DNA of 64,000 nucleotides from Yuukianura sp. NJ FZ-2021 (GCA_046563655.1 CM102286.1:4774001-4838000); one strand, 5' to 3'. Positions 39,210 through 53,996 are shown, numbered from the stretch's first letter. The notes: generated by a model not told the origin, from the letters alone. Made by a program: numbers and translations.

Positions 39210-42200
39210 CTAGTATCGATGAATGCGACCATTGCTGTGTGTTGATGTAGATGTAGAGACACCATTGGTCATTGGCTCAGATCCAAATGAACGCCTTCCT
39301 GTCATCAGTCTAGAGGAATCGGGTATAAACCTTTGAAGTGTTGTAGTTAGGGAATGTAGAGATGTCTCCAGTCCATCAGAGTAATTCGTTAGAGTCCACA
39401 CGCGTTGGTATTCATCAATACTGGTTAGTAATCTACAAAGAACATACATTAGACAAACTCGAGACTATGCAGACAAAATACCATCAGATATTCCTTTCAA
39501 CTTACTTGTTAGCAAGGTCACTTCTCACTGTCGGAGCCAAGTTTGCAACCCCCAAGTTTACCACAGCGAGTCCCATATTGCTTCGAGGATTCACTCCAGC
39601 GGACAGTAACTGCCTCCCTATCCTAGCCGCCAGCAGCATCATGTCAATTGTTAAGCACAGTTCACTGAACGCTGGATTATTCTGTTTCTCCATTTTGCAG
39701 TCAAATAGGAGGGCACTGTGACACTTCTTGATTGCCTTGACACACTTCATGAAGTGATCCAATGTGAGATTGTCAAATGATACGTTGTCCGGACTAGTGA
39801 GAAAACGATATAACGTCGTCCCTTGCGACGGAGGTAGGTTACTCATGTCGGATACGGATTGAGATAACTCTCCGCGAAATAGTGTGAACTCAGCAGTGCC
39901 TAGTTGGAGAATCACTTGACCGCCGATTCCTGACATATCGTTTAAGATGTACGTGCTTAGTAACTCCGATAGCGAACCTTGCAAGTACTCCTAAAACATA
40001 TGAGAAAAAAAAAACGTCTGTCCTGGTTGAAATAATTTTGAAATTGAAAACAGTCAAAGTACTTCTTAGATAATCAGCAGAAATACTTACCCAATGTGTT
40101 TTTGGATTCCATGAAAGTCCAGCGAGCAAGAGAAACCCTGGCCAGCCGAAAATGCGTGGAGTCAAATTACAACTTCCAGACCAATTTGCGACGATCAAAC
40201 CCAAGCTGGAACTCTTGATTGCATTGCTGCTCCCATGATACAGATTGCAGAGTGCTGCTTCAGGACAACCAGCTAAACTGTGATACAGAACAAAAAAAAA
40301 ATATATGTATCCCTTATCCAGTAAATCGAAATAAATTCTTATTTTGAGTACGCCGTCTGAGTACTAACCTACTCCAAGCACAAGTTCCGGCCATTACGAT
40401 TGTGCTGCATCCATTTTGTGCAAGAGTTTGAAGAGATGGAGCGAAATTGTAATCTGCCTGCAAAAACAAAAAACCAAAACTTAACATTCCTGACGTTTAA
40501 CTTTTACAAAAGTATTTGTGAGCATGGACGACAGGAAGGAATATGTTTGTGATGAATGCAGTTTTTGGATAAGACTTTGTACACAAAAACCCTCGCGTAC
40601 ACAATTTCGTGTTTGTTCGATGATGATAAAAATCAATCAAGTGTCAAATTGGTACTAAAAATCGTATTCAGGTTGTTCCTGGTTTTAGTCCAACGGCACA
40701 CGAACAATGACTAGACTACCACTAGAAATTTTGTCTTTTCAGTGAACAAAATGCTTACCTGGAATCCGTACTCAACTAGCACAACATTTACAGGAACATC
40801 AGAAAGACTAACACGTGATGCAGTTCGGTTTTGGATGGCGTTCTCGATAGCATTGTAGCACAGAAGAATCGTACTGTCAGCAGGCGACACAGGAATAAAA
40901 TCCCAAATTGCATTGAAGCTACCACAACGCTCACTCTGACCATTCTCCAGTGTAAAGATCAATGTAGTAAGATATGGACCCACGTGAACGTAACTAAAAT
41001 ACAAGATTACCAATAATAGTCATGTCAACTTCATATTTTTCATAATTTCATTAAATAGTTAGCGTTATTCTCTTTTGCAAAGATGACACCAGTACCTTGT
41101 GGAAGCGAAGCAGAGGAGAAAATCACTTAATTCAGGTTTTACGTGTTGAAAGTATTCTGCAACTGTGAGATCCGAAGAAACGTCAATAGCTGGAATAAGT
41201 TCAATTCCGACATCACTGCATAGTCGATCAATGGCTAGTAGTTCCCTGTAATGGAGATATAAAACACAACTTTAACCTTAAACCCTTTGACACTACTCTT
41301 ATCGACTCACCCTTTCGAGTAAGACAATTGAGCACCAGAATTCCCAAAACGCATGTGCAAATGGACGTAATTGATTTTGAACAGGCACAGTGAGCGAATG
41401 AAGTTAGACAGGCTTTCCTGTGATTAAAAACATGCAATAAAATACGAGTAATTTCTCCGACATCATTAGTACTAATATTCTGTCTCTGTTGGTCACTAAC
41501 AATACTTGGGATTCGTTCCGATGAGACATCAATGAATACACCACGATGCTTGAGACTCGGTTGATCTTTGATAACCATAGGTGGGATGGCGGTCGGTTCG
41601 TCAGGATGTGAAAATAGAGTAAGCAGTTGCAAAAACGTCGAAATGCCATAACGAAGGCCGTTCACATCGGATGCCAAAATCTTCACCTAAAGATATCAAC
41701 AAACTTGTACAAAATCACTGTAAAAATGTGTTCGACGAGCGATGTCTAACCTTCAAACTCGAGACGTGAATTTTATAAGAACTTTTCGCCTGGAATACTT
41801 CTTCGTTTATCGCACAATGAACTTGACTGGAATGGAAAGCAGCTTGAGACGCGGAGGTTCTGTTCCCTTCAATTTTTGAACAAATTATTGCAAACCCTTG
41901 TAATTCAAAGGCGGCTTTGTAGGAGCTGAATACATCGAGAATTCTAATAGAAACATCAAAGCGTTAGATTTTAAGATCCTAATGAACAAACGATTCAAGT
42001 GTCAGATATTTACCAAACCTGTGAACAGAAACGGTAGATTTTATCACAGAGATGTGCAGAGTTTTCTCAGGGCGAAATTGTAGTCCTTCAAGGCACATCA
42101 ACGTCTTTGGCTGAGGCCATAATTTAGACCTAAAGAGTAAGTAAGTAAGTAATTTATTCAACCAAAAATAGCATGAACGGTTTAGAATTGAGACATATGA

Positions 42201-43556
42201 ATGACTTACAAGCGAGAATCTGTGACGATCGGCTGAATAGGTGCAGTTAATTCCATCCCTCGGATGATCCTTTCGAGATTCTACAATGTCAAGTTGGTCA
42301 GATTCAGACTAACAGGAAAGGACTACGTAGCACAACAGAAATTCTTACGTTGTCAAATCCCGAATGAAGGATTGGCTTAAAACTCTCGTGTGAAGAATAT
42401 AACGGTTGTGGCTCCATGTCGGTTCCAGGGTGTTCGCTTCCGGACATGGACAAGTCGGGAGATAGTGCCGAAGATACGGAATCAATGGAGGAACTCCGAT
42501 GTTGCAGTTGGCGTGTCTTGAATTGAGAAGCCAGAAACTGACTCAGTAAGGAGAAAATTTCCGGTTTTCGAGATGCCAGATCTAGCGGGGAAGAATTTTC
42601 GAACTTCCTAAAATAAGAAACGCCGCAAAAGGTTAGGTATAGACATGAAATGGAACTCATTTACTGGATGGTATGTGCTCAATTACTATTATTCGTTACC
42701 CTTGTTCTGCTTTAATCAGAGGTGAAGCATTCGCTTTCAACAGCAACTCGATAATTGGAACATTTGATCTGTCCACGGCGTCGTGAAGTGGTGTTACAGA
42801 CTCACTGGTAGTAGAGTTAACATGTGCACCGCGGTCTTGAAATTTCAATATAAACTTACAAATGAATACTAAACATAAATAGAAATAATTTTAGTTTTCC
42901 CAATTCAACAATTAATTACCAATGAGGAATGCTACAGTCTCAGTATTTGCAAAGGAAACTGCCCAGTGAAGTAAGGAGTTTCTTTTTTCCTCGCAATCCC
43001 ACGAATTAGGATCAACTCCTGCCTTGAAAAAGTCTTCCATCCTCGCAATACTAGAATTCATATCGAAAAACAGACATTCAGTCAGAAAAAGGTAGCCGTT
43101 GTAAAACCGTATCTCATCAAAACTGTCAATTACTCTGAGTTAGCGATCGCCCGAAGTAATTCTCCGATGTAGACTTTTCTGATAGACTCCGACGGACAAA
43201 GTTCAAAAGCATTTTCGTCTTGCTTATTCTCAATTGATGGGTCAGCCCCAGAATTCAACAGTGCTCTTACGATATCTTGCTGTCCTAATGATGTAGCAAG
43301 ATGCAAAAATGTCCCTTCAGGAAGCACATTACTCCTCAGCACATCCTTTACGTCGTGTCCAACTGTAACACACAAATACAAAAATAAACGATACTATATA
43401 CTTTTATCGACTCTCTGATATGGGGCATCTACAACTAAACAATAATGTTTACTTACGCTTGCGGCACTGCAGGAGTAGAGCGTTTAGAATGTCAGTTCTC
43501 CCATTTACAATAGAATTTCGTATTTGTACAATTGCCTCCTCCATTGTTCCAGTCAT
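39210..43556 (-). CDS. Ankyrin-repeat protein fused to a beta-hexosaminidase (GH20 domain 2 plus degenerate GH20 barrel)-like region; ~16 exons
   Basis: N-terminal ankyrin repeats (GTFLHLATSLGQQDIVRALLNSGADP; SLLHWAVSFA; VTPLHDAV; SPLDLA), then KLWPQPK, ILASDVNGLRYGISTFLQLL, IKDQPSLKHRGVFIDVS, GIELIPAID, VMAGTCAW, GLIVANWS, typical of GH20/HEXD-like folds. Confidence 0.85.
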
Positions 43557-44656
43557 TTCTACTAACTTAGTATGCAATAATACAACCTTAGTGTGAAGAA
43601 AAGCACCTGATCCTGAAGCTTCCCTTGTTCAATTTGCTTGATTTAGCAATCATTCGAATCTTGATTTGATATTGCACTCACCGTTTTCACAATACTACGA
43701 GTAGAAAATATACAAACGATTAATCCAATGTTACCTACCTAAGGTCAACTGCTTGCAGCTGGACTTTAGCTCCGGCCACCGTCAGCGTCACAGCTTAGCT
43801 GAACTTACCGACGAAAGTAATGTTCCTTCCTTGAGGTGTCTGGCACTGGCAATGTGACAGTGCCACTGGTTTCAGCGTACGTTGATCACACTAGTCACCG
43901 TAAATACGAAAATATCTTGTCGATGGGCTAAAGAAACTAAACTAAACCAATTAATTTTCGCTGTTTCAATGTTGTAAAAAGAAAATTTATTTCGAGTAAA
44001 CTGGTGTACTGGATTCAAATGACATTTACAACCAAAACATTAGGATTTAGAGGACGCCGTTGAAGTGAGGATGGATGCACATAATTGTGCTACCCTGTAT
44101 GAGACGGGACATGACAGTTAAAACAAGTTAAAGACTTACGTTATCGCAAAGTAGAGAAAAGTAAACTTTTAAATTTGTATTTTTGGTACAAAGTTTAACG
44201 GAGAAAACACGTTCTGGCATGTTTTTGGTGTAAAGCGTAGCAAAATTCTGTTGTAATAAGGTCAAATAATTGCCTATATTAAAGGAACGTCTAGAATTAG
44301 AGGATTGATACGGTAAAAACGGTGGCTTACATCCTTGCCTCAACCGAAAAATACTGCAAAAATCCCACAATTCTCCCGCGTTTCACATCCAAAAACTGAT
44401 CAGTTGCATAATTTCCTGGACAAACCGAGTGATACGACGCTGATTTCTCCGTACAATAACACAACTTTAAATCACTTCATACTTATTACGATTTACGACA
44501 ACGCCAACACCGCGATGCATGTGAAACGTCGCGTCCAACAGAAAGAAAACCATTTAACTGTTCAAAGTTCAAGGGTGTTGTTTAAAAGCAGCAATTTATT
44601 AACAACAAAAGTCATATATGGAGAGGTCAAAAACACCATTTAAAAACGTATAATAA

Positions 44657-45559
<903 letters not shown>

Positions 45560-46780
45560 CTTCGAGGGATCTAACTTTCACCAGCTTCAACCGAATACTG
45601 AAAAAAATGAGATGAATTGGTTTTTTGCAACTTGAGTGTCCTGTCCGCCTGAAAGTAGTAAGGAATTTTCACGATTCACGATTGAGGACCTGAAATAACA
45701 AAACAACATTCGTGTTAATCGGTATTATTACTTACCTCATGTACTGGCCCGCGCGACTTCATATAAAAGAAAACTCAAACTCATCGAATCTTTAGTTCAC
45801 CTGATTTAAGTCCGGCTTTTGTGGGGAAAATTGGTGTGTTAACGACTACGAGTATCGGCCTCGGCGGGCTGGAGATTAAAATCCTGGACGTGATGACAAA
45901 ACCAAGCAGTGAAAGTGATATTATGATATCTATAACTGATATCTACTATCCTGAGGTACGACCCTGGGGCTGGCCGCTGGAATGTTAAACACGAAACACA
46001 TCAAATGTTCAAATGTCAAACCAAACAAAACAATCCGATGTTGTTTTGATACTCAGCCCAGATTACGTGAACGATCAACCCGTTTATCCAATCAAGGGCA
46101 CTTGGACTCATCTTTTTGATAAATCTCAGTTTTAAGTCTAAAAGGCAACCGTGCCATCGAATTAAATCTCAAACAAGGGAGAGATCAAGGAAAATCTCAT
46201 CCTTATAATATTCTTATGGGCGTTGGCTGGAAGCACAGGTTTTCATTTGTTTCCTTTTTTTCCAATTCAATTTTTATTTTAAAAACAACTTTTTCAAAAC
46301 ACCCGCTTGCCACATTTCGAACATGTTCAAAAGCAGTGTAAAAATTCAAGGAAAGACGAGTACAATTTCTGCCGGCCGGGTCGGATAACCATCTGACAAC
46401 AACCATTACTAAAAGCTTGTTGCCGTCCGTATTCAGTTGACCAAGTTGACCTTCGTGTAACTGACAAGCATAAACCGGTAAGAAACTCATTATCAGCCTC
46501 TACGTCAAGGAAACAAAAGTAATTAGTAACAGCTTATTGGTTATGGCATATTGTAATGTTTAACTTTGTTCTTTGTTACCGTTTTCAGATTCAAGCATTC
46601 TAAGGTTACACATCATGCTCTAAACAGATTCGGTTCCAAAAGCCTCCGGAATCAAATCATCGGGATTTTACGAAGGCTAGATCCGGACGAGACATATTCG
46701 TCCATTAGCAGAAGTTGCGACGATTATTAGTCACTGACTTGGTACATCGTCATACCAGCCAACGCAGTCACCGCCACATT

Positions 46781-48647
46781 ATGGCTCCAAAATTGTTCCG
46801 TATTGCCTTGGACATTTTTGTGGTGACGGCTATTATCCTCTTTGTTCCGGGCGTTCCACCAAGAGTAAAGTTTGAGGCATATGAGTGAGTTCACCTTATT
46901 TGTGTCCATGCGTCCTTCGATCTAACTTTGCGAAAATCATACTGATTTTTTATTTAATAAAACTAATCTCTCATAGATTGATACCCCCGATGCCACTAAC
47001 GGGCCCATTGGCACCGAACGGTAAATTAGACAAGGCTGAATTTTTATATGAAGGGAAGTTTACCGGCGCCGAGTCCATTGAGATCAAAGATGGCAATATT
47101 TATACTGGCTTGATTGGTGGCGATGTAGTGAAGATTGACAAAAGCGGGGAGATATCCGTAGTGGCCAGATTTGGCCAGCCTTGCGGTTAGTATCAATATA
47201 TTTTCTAACATCTACTAACATGGAGTTATTTTGATATTTTTGTTTGCAATTTTTGCAGAAGGAAAATGGGAAGAATCTAAATGTGGCCGTCCACTTGGAA
47301 TGAGATTTGACTCCAGTGGGAAGTTGGTGGTTAACGACGCTTACTATGGAATGTACCGCGTAGATGTTGTGACAGGTATGAAACTTCGTTCAAGAATAAG
47401 GAAATTCGGAAGTTTTTATTCTATAAACTTGATTACAGGGAAGGTAGACCAATTTATTGCAGCGAAGGATCCAATCGACGGTAAACCATTGATGGTGGTC
47501 AACGATTTGGACATCGCTAAAGACGGAACCGTCTATTTTTCGGATTCCAGTCAGTTCAGATTGCAAGATACCCTTATTGAAGCTTTGGGGGAACCAAGTG
47601 GAAGGTAAATTGAATCCTGTCCTATTACTATATTCAAGAAGTACTAAAAGATGTTCTACTCAACTCATCTGACGTCTTGATGTGTTTCAGATTGTTGAAA
47701 TTTGATCCGAGGACGAAGAAAAGCACTGTCCTCCTAAGAAATCTACACTTTGCAAATGGTGTGCAACTTTCGAAAGACGAATCGTTTGTATTGGTCGCCG
47801 AAACTTTCCACTTTAGAGTCATTAAGTGAGTTTACTGAGTTTAGATTGTTTGGTTTCTCGATTTCTAACTGCGTTTTGTTTGCAATCAATAGTTACTGAA
47901 TAATTTTATCGTTTCAGATACCATCTAAAGGGCGAGAAAGCCGGGACAAGTGAAATTTTCATTGATGGTCTTCCAGGAGCTCCTGATAATATCCGTTCTG
48001 ACGGAATGGGTGGATTCCTTGTTTCTTTGAACGTCCAAAGGACGACGGATGTAAGGTTTAAAACGAAAAGATTGAATCTGACTACATTGATCTACTTGAA
48101 CATTTTTTTGATTCTGTAACCTTCCTTTGCAGCATCTTTCCTTATTTGATAAATTAAGTAATTACCCGCTAGTGCGCAAGTTCATCGCCAGAATTTCTTG
48201 CATTATGCATGCCGTGGTTTCTGGTATCGACTCAATTGCTCCAAACGAATACACCGGGAAAGCTAAATATTACGTACGTAATTGTTAAAAACAGGCTCAA
48301 GAAGCGGTCGATTCGTTTTAACATGTATACTGTTATTTTAAATCCATTCCAGATAAATCACTTGGAACCTTTCGCCTCCTTCCAACCGTTGCCGAATTCT
48401 AACATCCTTCAAATTGATGAATTTGGAAAAGTAAAAACATCGTGTCAATCCTCCACTGGAAAGGTACGGCATTTGTTGAATATTTTGCTTATAAATCTGC
48501 TCGCTTTACTACTAAAATCTTTGTATTGTGTAGGTAAAATTCATTAGCGAGGTTTCGTTTGACGAAAAACGGGAGTATGCTTACTTAGGATCGCCATATA
48601 ACCACGGAATTTGGCGAATACCCGTCAACGACTTGGGACTGAAATAA
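46781..48647 (+). CDS. Strictosidine-synthase-like protein (APMAP / hemomucin-like), N-terminal membrane anchor; ~9 exons
   Basis: MAPKLFRIALDIFVVTAIILFVPGVPP; LTGPLAPNGKL; CGRPLGMRFD; DAYYG; NDLDIAKDGTVYFSDSS; LHFANGVQLSKDESFVLVAET; GLPGAPDNIR; YLGSPYN. Confidence 0.93.
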
Positions 48648-48937
48648 CAACAACAGATGGAGTTTGTCCTTGTAAAATCGTTTCAGTTAGAGTAGTGTAG
48701 TAACAAGTACAAGTCCATTTAATGTTCTCATTTTCAACGATCAAACTTTTAGCAATCTTAATTCATCGACTAATTATGTAAATTGCCTTTATAACTATAC
48801 TTCGTTTTATTTGTTATTTATCATAATCTTCAGCGCTAATAAAATTTTATGGTGGTTTGGATTTGGAAATAACCGTTTCAAATTGTAAAAAACAAACTCA
48901 AATTATTAACCGTTATGTAAGTAATCTAAAGTCGACG

Positions 48938-49229
48938 TTACTTCGATTTTGGCTTATTTGCGCCGCCATTTCTGTTCATTTCGTGTAACTTATCATTTTC
49001 TGTGTATCTGTCTTTCCAGCACGCCAAGATGTAGAAAGATGACACAAACAAAGATGCCAGTCCAAGCGCTATCGTAATTCCAGCGACTCCGACGAATTTG
49101 AAGAGGCTATTTGCAATTCCTTCTTCTGTTTCTGACCTGAAAAATATGAAAATATGAACCAAAATAAACAGCGAAATCGAATCTACACCATTCCAGTTTC
49201 AAACAAAGATCTGCTGAGGTAACTCACAT
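48938..49229 (-). CDS. Small single-pass membrane protein, ~66 aa (MSETEEGIANSLFKFVGVAGITIALGLASLFVSSFYILACWKDRY...KPKSK); ATG split by a 91-nt intron
   Basis: Donor GTACCAT|GTGAGT at 49227; acceptor TTTTTCAG|G at 49136; one hydrophobic stretch of ~24 aa; Inr-like GCAGTT near 49290; minus-strand AATAAA at 48811-48806. Confidence 0.7.
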
Positions 49230-49812
49230 GGTACAATACGATTTCTCGATTTTGTTGGAAAATGACTGCCGTTCGTAAGATTTTCACAACTGCGAGCTGT
49301 CACTTAATAAATTTAAAAGAATTTCAAGGTTTTGTAAAAATTATAAAGTTTTCCCAGTAATTTATTTGCCTTTCTTAAGAAAAGTGACAATGGGAACGAG
49401 ATAGCAGTATAAGAATAGCCTGAGGCCAAATAACACGATTAAGTGGGTCGATGAAGATGATACCATCAGCTCCCGTTTTCCCAACCAAATCTTGAAATTT
49501 TCATTTATAGTTTAAGAAATGATGACCATTTTCTATTTTTTTTCCAACACAGAATAATATTTATAGCTTACAGAACAATTTAAATATTTATGGCTCATTC
49601 AGAGGACAAACTGTTTCCATGGTTTCCATTGGATTAGCTGAACCACCAAACAATTCGATGACAATGATCAACAATTTGAAATGGAAATTCAGTACCAACC
49701 AACACAAACCCAGTCATCGCATCGCCTTCTACGCATGCACACTTTATATTTTTTATACCGGAGACTGGCATGATAACGAACGTTTAAACAGTCAACCGAT
49801 ACTTTTGCAGCA

Positions 49813-52800
49813 ATGGATAAAGCAACGAAAAAGCGAAAGAAGTCGACGGTTAAAGGAAGCGGATTGGCTACTTTAGGTATCCGCCGAGGTAGTCTGCCAA
49901 CGATTCCTCCAGTTCAAAAGGGGTCAAGCAAACCAATTCGCTACACCAGCTTACAAGCCACTTCCACTGATGCCGAATCTACTGCAACTGAAACTGAAGA
50001 AGAAACTGAGTCTGCGACGCAGGTCACCAAAAATACTAACAAAGTTTTAAAAAAATGAAATTAAATAAGTACAACTGAAGAATTCATTTTCATTTTTAAA
50101 GGCTTCCGAGACAGAGTCAGAGGACCCGAAGGCTTCCACCAAAACTTTAGGACCTGCAATTGCAATAAGCGTCCGCAGAGGAGTAAAGGTCAAGCAAACA
50201 GAGCTCGAGATGGAGTTCATGACATTAGTTGCAAACGGAAACTTGTTTGAAGCCCGGGAATTTCTTCGCAACCACACGTCTACAGAGAAATCTCAGTTTG
50301 ATGTCAACAGGACCAACTTCGATGTAAGTTGTCACCATGCATTTTGAAATTGCCGGGTTTTTGTAATGACAAACGTGTCTCCGACTTTTAGGGTTACAGT
50401 GCCCTCCATATTGCTGTTCATCGTCAGGATGAGGAAATGGTCAAGCTACTGCTCTCTCTTCAAGACATCAACATCTACGACACATTCTTCTATGCAATTA
50501 AGGAAGGCGACATAGGAATGGCCAAGCAATTCATTGAGTTTGAATCAAGCAGATTCCAGCACGAAGTAGGATCCGCCAGGTAATTTTTAGCGTTTTGCGA
50601 TTCCACCTTGGCGAATTTCATGAATTTAATTTTTGAATTCTTTGTTTTTATGACTTTGCTTTTTCGATTTTTCCAGAAAAATTTCGCTGCGGTCCAGAAA
50701 AGACGCCAAAGACAAAATGCTAATTAAAGTTCTGGATCGTCTTCAGCATTACAAGGACAAAACATTCAATTCTGAGTTTGATGACGACGTAACTCCGCTG
50801 ATGTTGGCTGCTCAAGGTGGACACTATGAGCTTATTAAACTGTTCTTTGATGCGGGTCAACGTTTGTCAAAGGTGGACAGTTTTGATTGCAAAACGGAAA
50901 AGTGTCAAAGGTTACACTTTAGACATAATTTTTGATCAGACAGAAAAAAATGCAAATTTAAGGTGATTTTTTTCTGTTTTCAGTCAAGGAGAACTGAAGA
51001 TGTCATACAATCGATTGCATGTTTACCAAGCGATTTCAAATCCAGCGTACATTTGCTTCATGGCAATGGAATTCAATACAGTCGATCCAATTCTGGAAGC
51101 GTTTAATCTAATTGCAGATTTGAAAATGGTGAGATTCGACATCAGTTTTTTAAGCCGTCGTTTTAATGTTTAGAGTTGGTTCATAGATGGCAAACGTGGA
51201 GCAAGAAGTAAGAGCGGACTACGAGCAACTGATTTCAGACCTTGAAGAGTTTACCGGAGAACTTCTGGGTAACTTAATCATTTCAAAATTAAAAATTTCA
51301 AAAATTTCAAAACTTGAAATTTCAAATTTGACTTTAAAATTGTTAAACCTTCATGTGAATTTCTGGGTGATTTCATGTTTGTAGGTATGTGCCGAGATGA
51401 TACCGAAGTCGAACTTCTACTGAAACAAAGGAAAGGATTTCACGGTAACACGCGCGAAGTTTATCCACGATTGATTATGGCAGTCAAGGCCAGAGAAACC
51501 GAATTCGTTACTCATCCACACACTCAAAAGGTTTGCATTTGGAGCTTTCCCAGAATTCTGTTCATTCAACCTCAAATGCCAAAATACACGCAACTGTTTT
51601 GTATTTTAGGCTTTGTATAGCGAATGGACTCGTGGGTTCGACGCTTGGACAAAAATGGGAACACTGGCAAAAACGACACTGTTTCTATGGAGAACTGCCA
51701 TTTTGGTTTTTATTTCGCTGTGGGAATTTTTGTACTCCAAGTGCTGGAGCAAAGGGAAAGATCCTTGCAGCGAGTGGTCTGCTCCGGTATCTCGGTTCAT
51801 TCACGCTCTTGGATCGTACATCATATTTCTATTCCTGCTTGTAATCGAAACGAACTTGCACTTTTTCGGTGACGAATTTGACTCTAACGACAAAGCACCA
51901 CCTAGATCTTCAAGTAAGTAATTCATTTCATTTCCACTTTCAAACATCGTCGCATAGTGTTAACTAAATGCAGTTTCTGAATTTTTGCAGTCCTGCGCAT
52001 TATAATTTTTTGGTGTATCTTAATTTTTGCCATTGGACATATGGTGTCAACGTTGAAACAATTTTGCTTCATGCCGCTCATGTTCTTCCACCAATTGTGG
52101 AACAGCTATGAAGTCGTCAAGCACATTCTGTACATTGTAGCGTACACCTACTTTTTTATTGCTTGGATCGAAGCTCCACCACGAGTAAGCTGACGATTAT
52201 CAAAGAATTTGCATGCTGGAAGCATTGACAAGTTCACTTTTTAGTTCACATCTTTTCACTAATTTCAGGGCCACGTTATTCACGAAGAAATTGGCGCACG
52301 AGAATACTGGCCACCGCATCACGCTCTCCTCATTGGCGAATCGTTTTACTCACTTGCACTGATCATGAGCATTGGACAAATTTTCCGGGTTCTGGAACTC
52401 CATCCTAACTTCGGACCACTGCAAATCGCTCTCGGGAAAATGCTCAAAGGAATTTATCGTCTTATCGTGCCGTTTTTGACAGTTATCTTAGCTTTCGCCG
52501 CTGGTAAAACCATTTCTACCTACCTCCTAACCAAGTTTATGAGTTATGACAGTGTTTGCCAGTTTTCAAAACGATTCTATGATACAGGGATGTGCATGCT
52601 GTTCAAGGCTTATGCTGCGTGGGTCGACGTTGATGAAGAAGGAACAATGACTAAGCAAATGCAAGGCTACACTACTATTAACGCAGCGACGGAAACACTA
52701 TTCTGGGGACTTTATGGCATGGCTGGCTTGGAAAACCTACAAATTCTGCCAGTTCATGTGCGACATCATGGCGGTCGTATAGAAACGAATCACCATGAAA

Positions 52801-53625
52801 TGACCCAGGACTGCGCCAGAGTTATGTATGCCGGTGGGTAACCTTATTACTTTCCAATTAAGCAAAATAATATACTATATTTAACATTGTATCACAACAT
52901 TTTGTCGCAGTTTACCACATTTTTGCAACCATTGTCTTGCTGAACACCATTGTGGCCATGCTGACAGGATCGGCTGGAGAAGTATTTGAAAATGTGGACA
53001 AAGAGTATAAAATGGGTCGAACCGATGTGAGTTCCTAGGAAAAGTTTCTGTTTCGTAAGGTCCAATGTATCGGAACGATTTTCTGTTAATAGATTTGGAT
53101 CTTTTACGGACGAGACATGAAAGTACCAGCACCGTTCAACACAATTGCACTTCTTCGTAATCCTACGTTTTTGCGGTTTTTCGGACTTTGTACTGGCGGG
53201 AAAACCTGGCACCGGGGTATCAACGCCGACAGATGCTGCTACGCGGTAAGTTAAAAAAAAATAAATGTGTGTTATATCGTCGCTAGTAAAACATTGTAGC
53301 ATTAACTCCGTTCATGTTACAGGATCTAGTCAATCCGGAATCAGACAAACGCATGCGAACAGCTTACAGCGTTCTTGTAAAAGATCTTCTCCAGCGCTAC
53401 TTCCATGCCAAGGCGACCATTTCAATGGGAGAACCTGCCAAGCTGGACCAAGTGAACAAAGTGCGTGAGACCGTGGGAGAATTGCGCGAACGATTCAAAG
53501 TGATCTTCACGGATGCCACTGGAGTAACGCCGACCAGAAAGGCCAAGAATTTGATCATGGCAATCGCTCGATTGAAATCAGGAGGTCACAAGAAAGGTAA
53601 AAGACAACTAACTGACACCGATTAA
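49813..53625 (+). CDS. Divergent TRPC-family (TRP/TRPL/TRP-gamma-like) cation channel; multi-exon
   Basis: Ankyrin repeats (GYSALHIAV; VTPLMLAAQGGHYELIKLF), YQAISNPAYI...DPILEAF, EFVTHPHTQK, S4-S5 linker HPNFGPLQIALGKML, pore helix ETLFWGLYG, S6 IVLLNTIVAML, TRP-box-like EYKMGR, VPAPFN, C-terminal LVKDLLQRY. Confidence 0.9.
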
Positions 53626-53996
53626 TCACTAGAGACAAACTGTTATCCTTTAAACGCATTTGAAATGCAACAAAGTAAGTCAAAAAACAATCACGAATTA
53701 ACTGATAAACATGGGTTCGCTTCGCACTCTTTGTGATCTTTGACAAACAAAAAAACGCATCCGCAGAAGTATTTTAGAGATGCTTATTATTGACCAAGTT
53801 TTGCGACTAGCAATAAGTTTTTAAAATTGAACAGGCAATATTAAAATCATATTTTTCTACAAGTAAAGCTAACAAAAACGACTGAAAAACTCTAAAAATT
53901 TAAAATTCTGGACGCTGAGCTGCCTGTGTTCTATAGAATTCAGTAAAAATATGAATTTTGACGATCGTCGGTCGGATGCAGTTGAGTGTGGCCATT

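Noticed and set aside
45728..45745. TACTTACCT, resembling the U1 snRNA 5' end
   Set aside because: It is the reverse complement of a Rac1 5'UTR splice donor; the downstream sequence is not U1.
51280..51335. AAATTTCAAA-type micro-repeats in a TRP intron (similar words at 28200-28700)
   Set aside because: Low-complexity AT-rich sequence without defined units.
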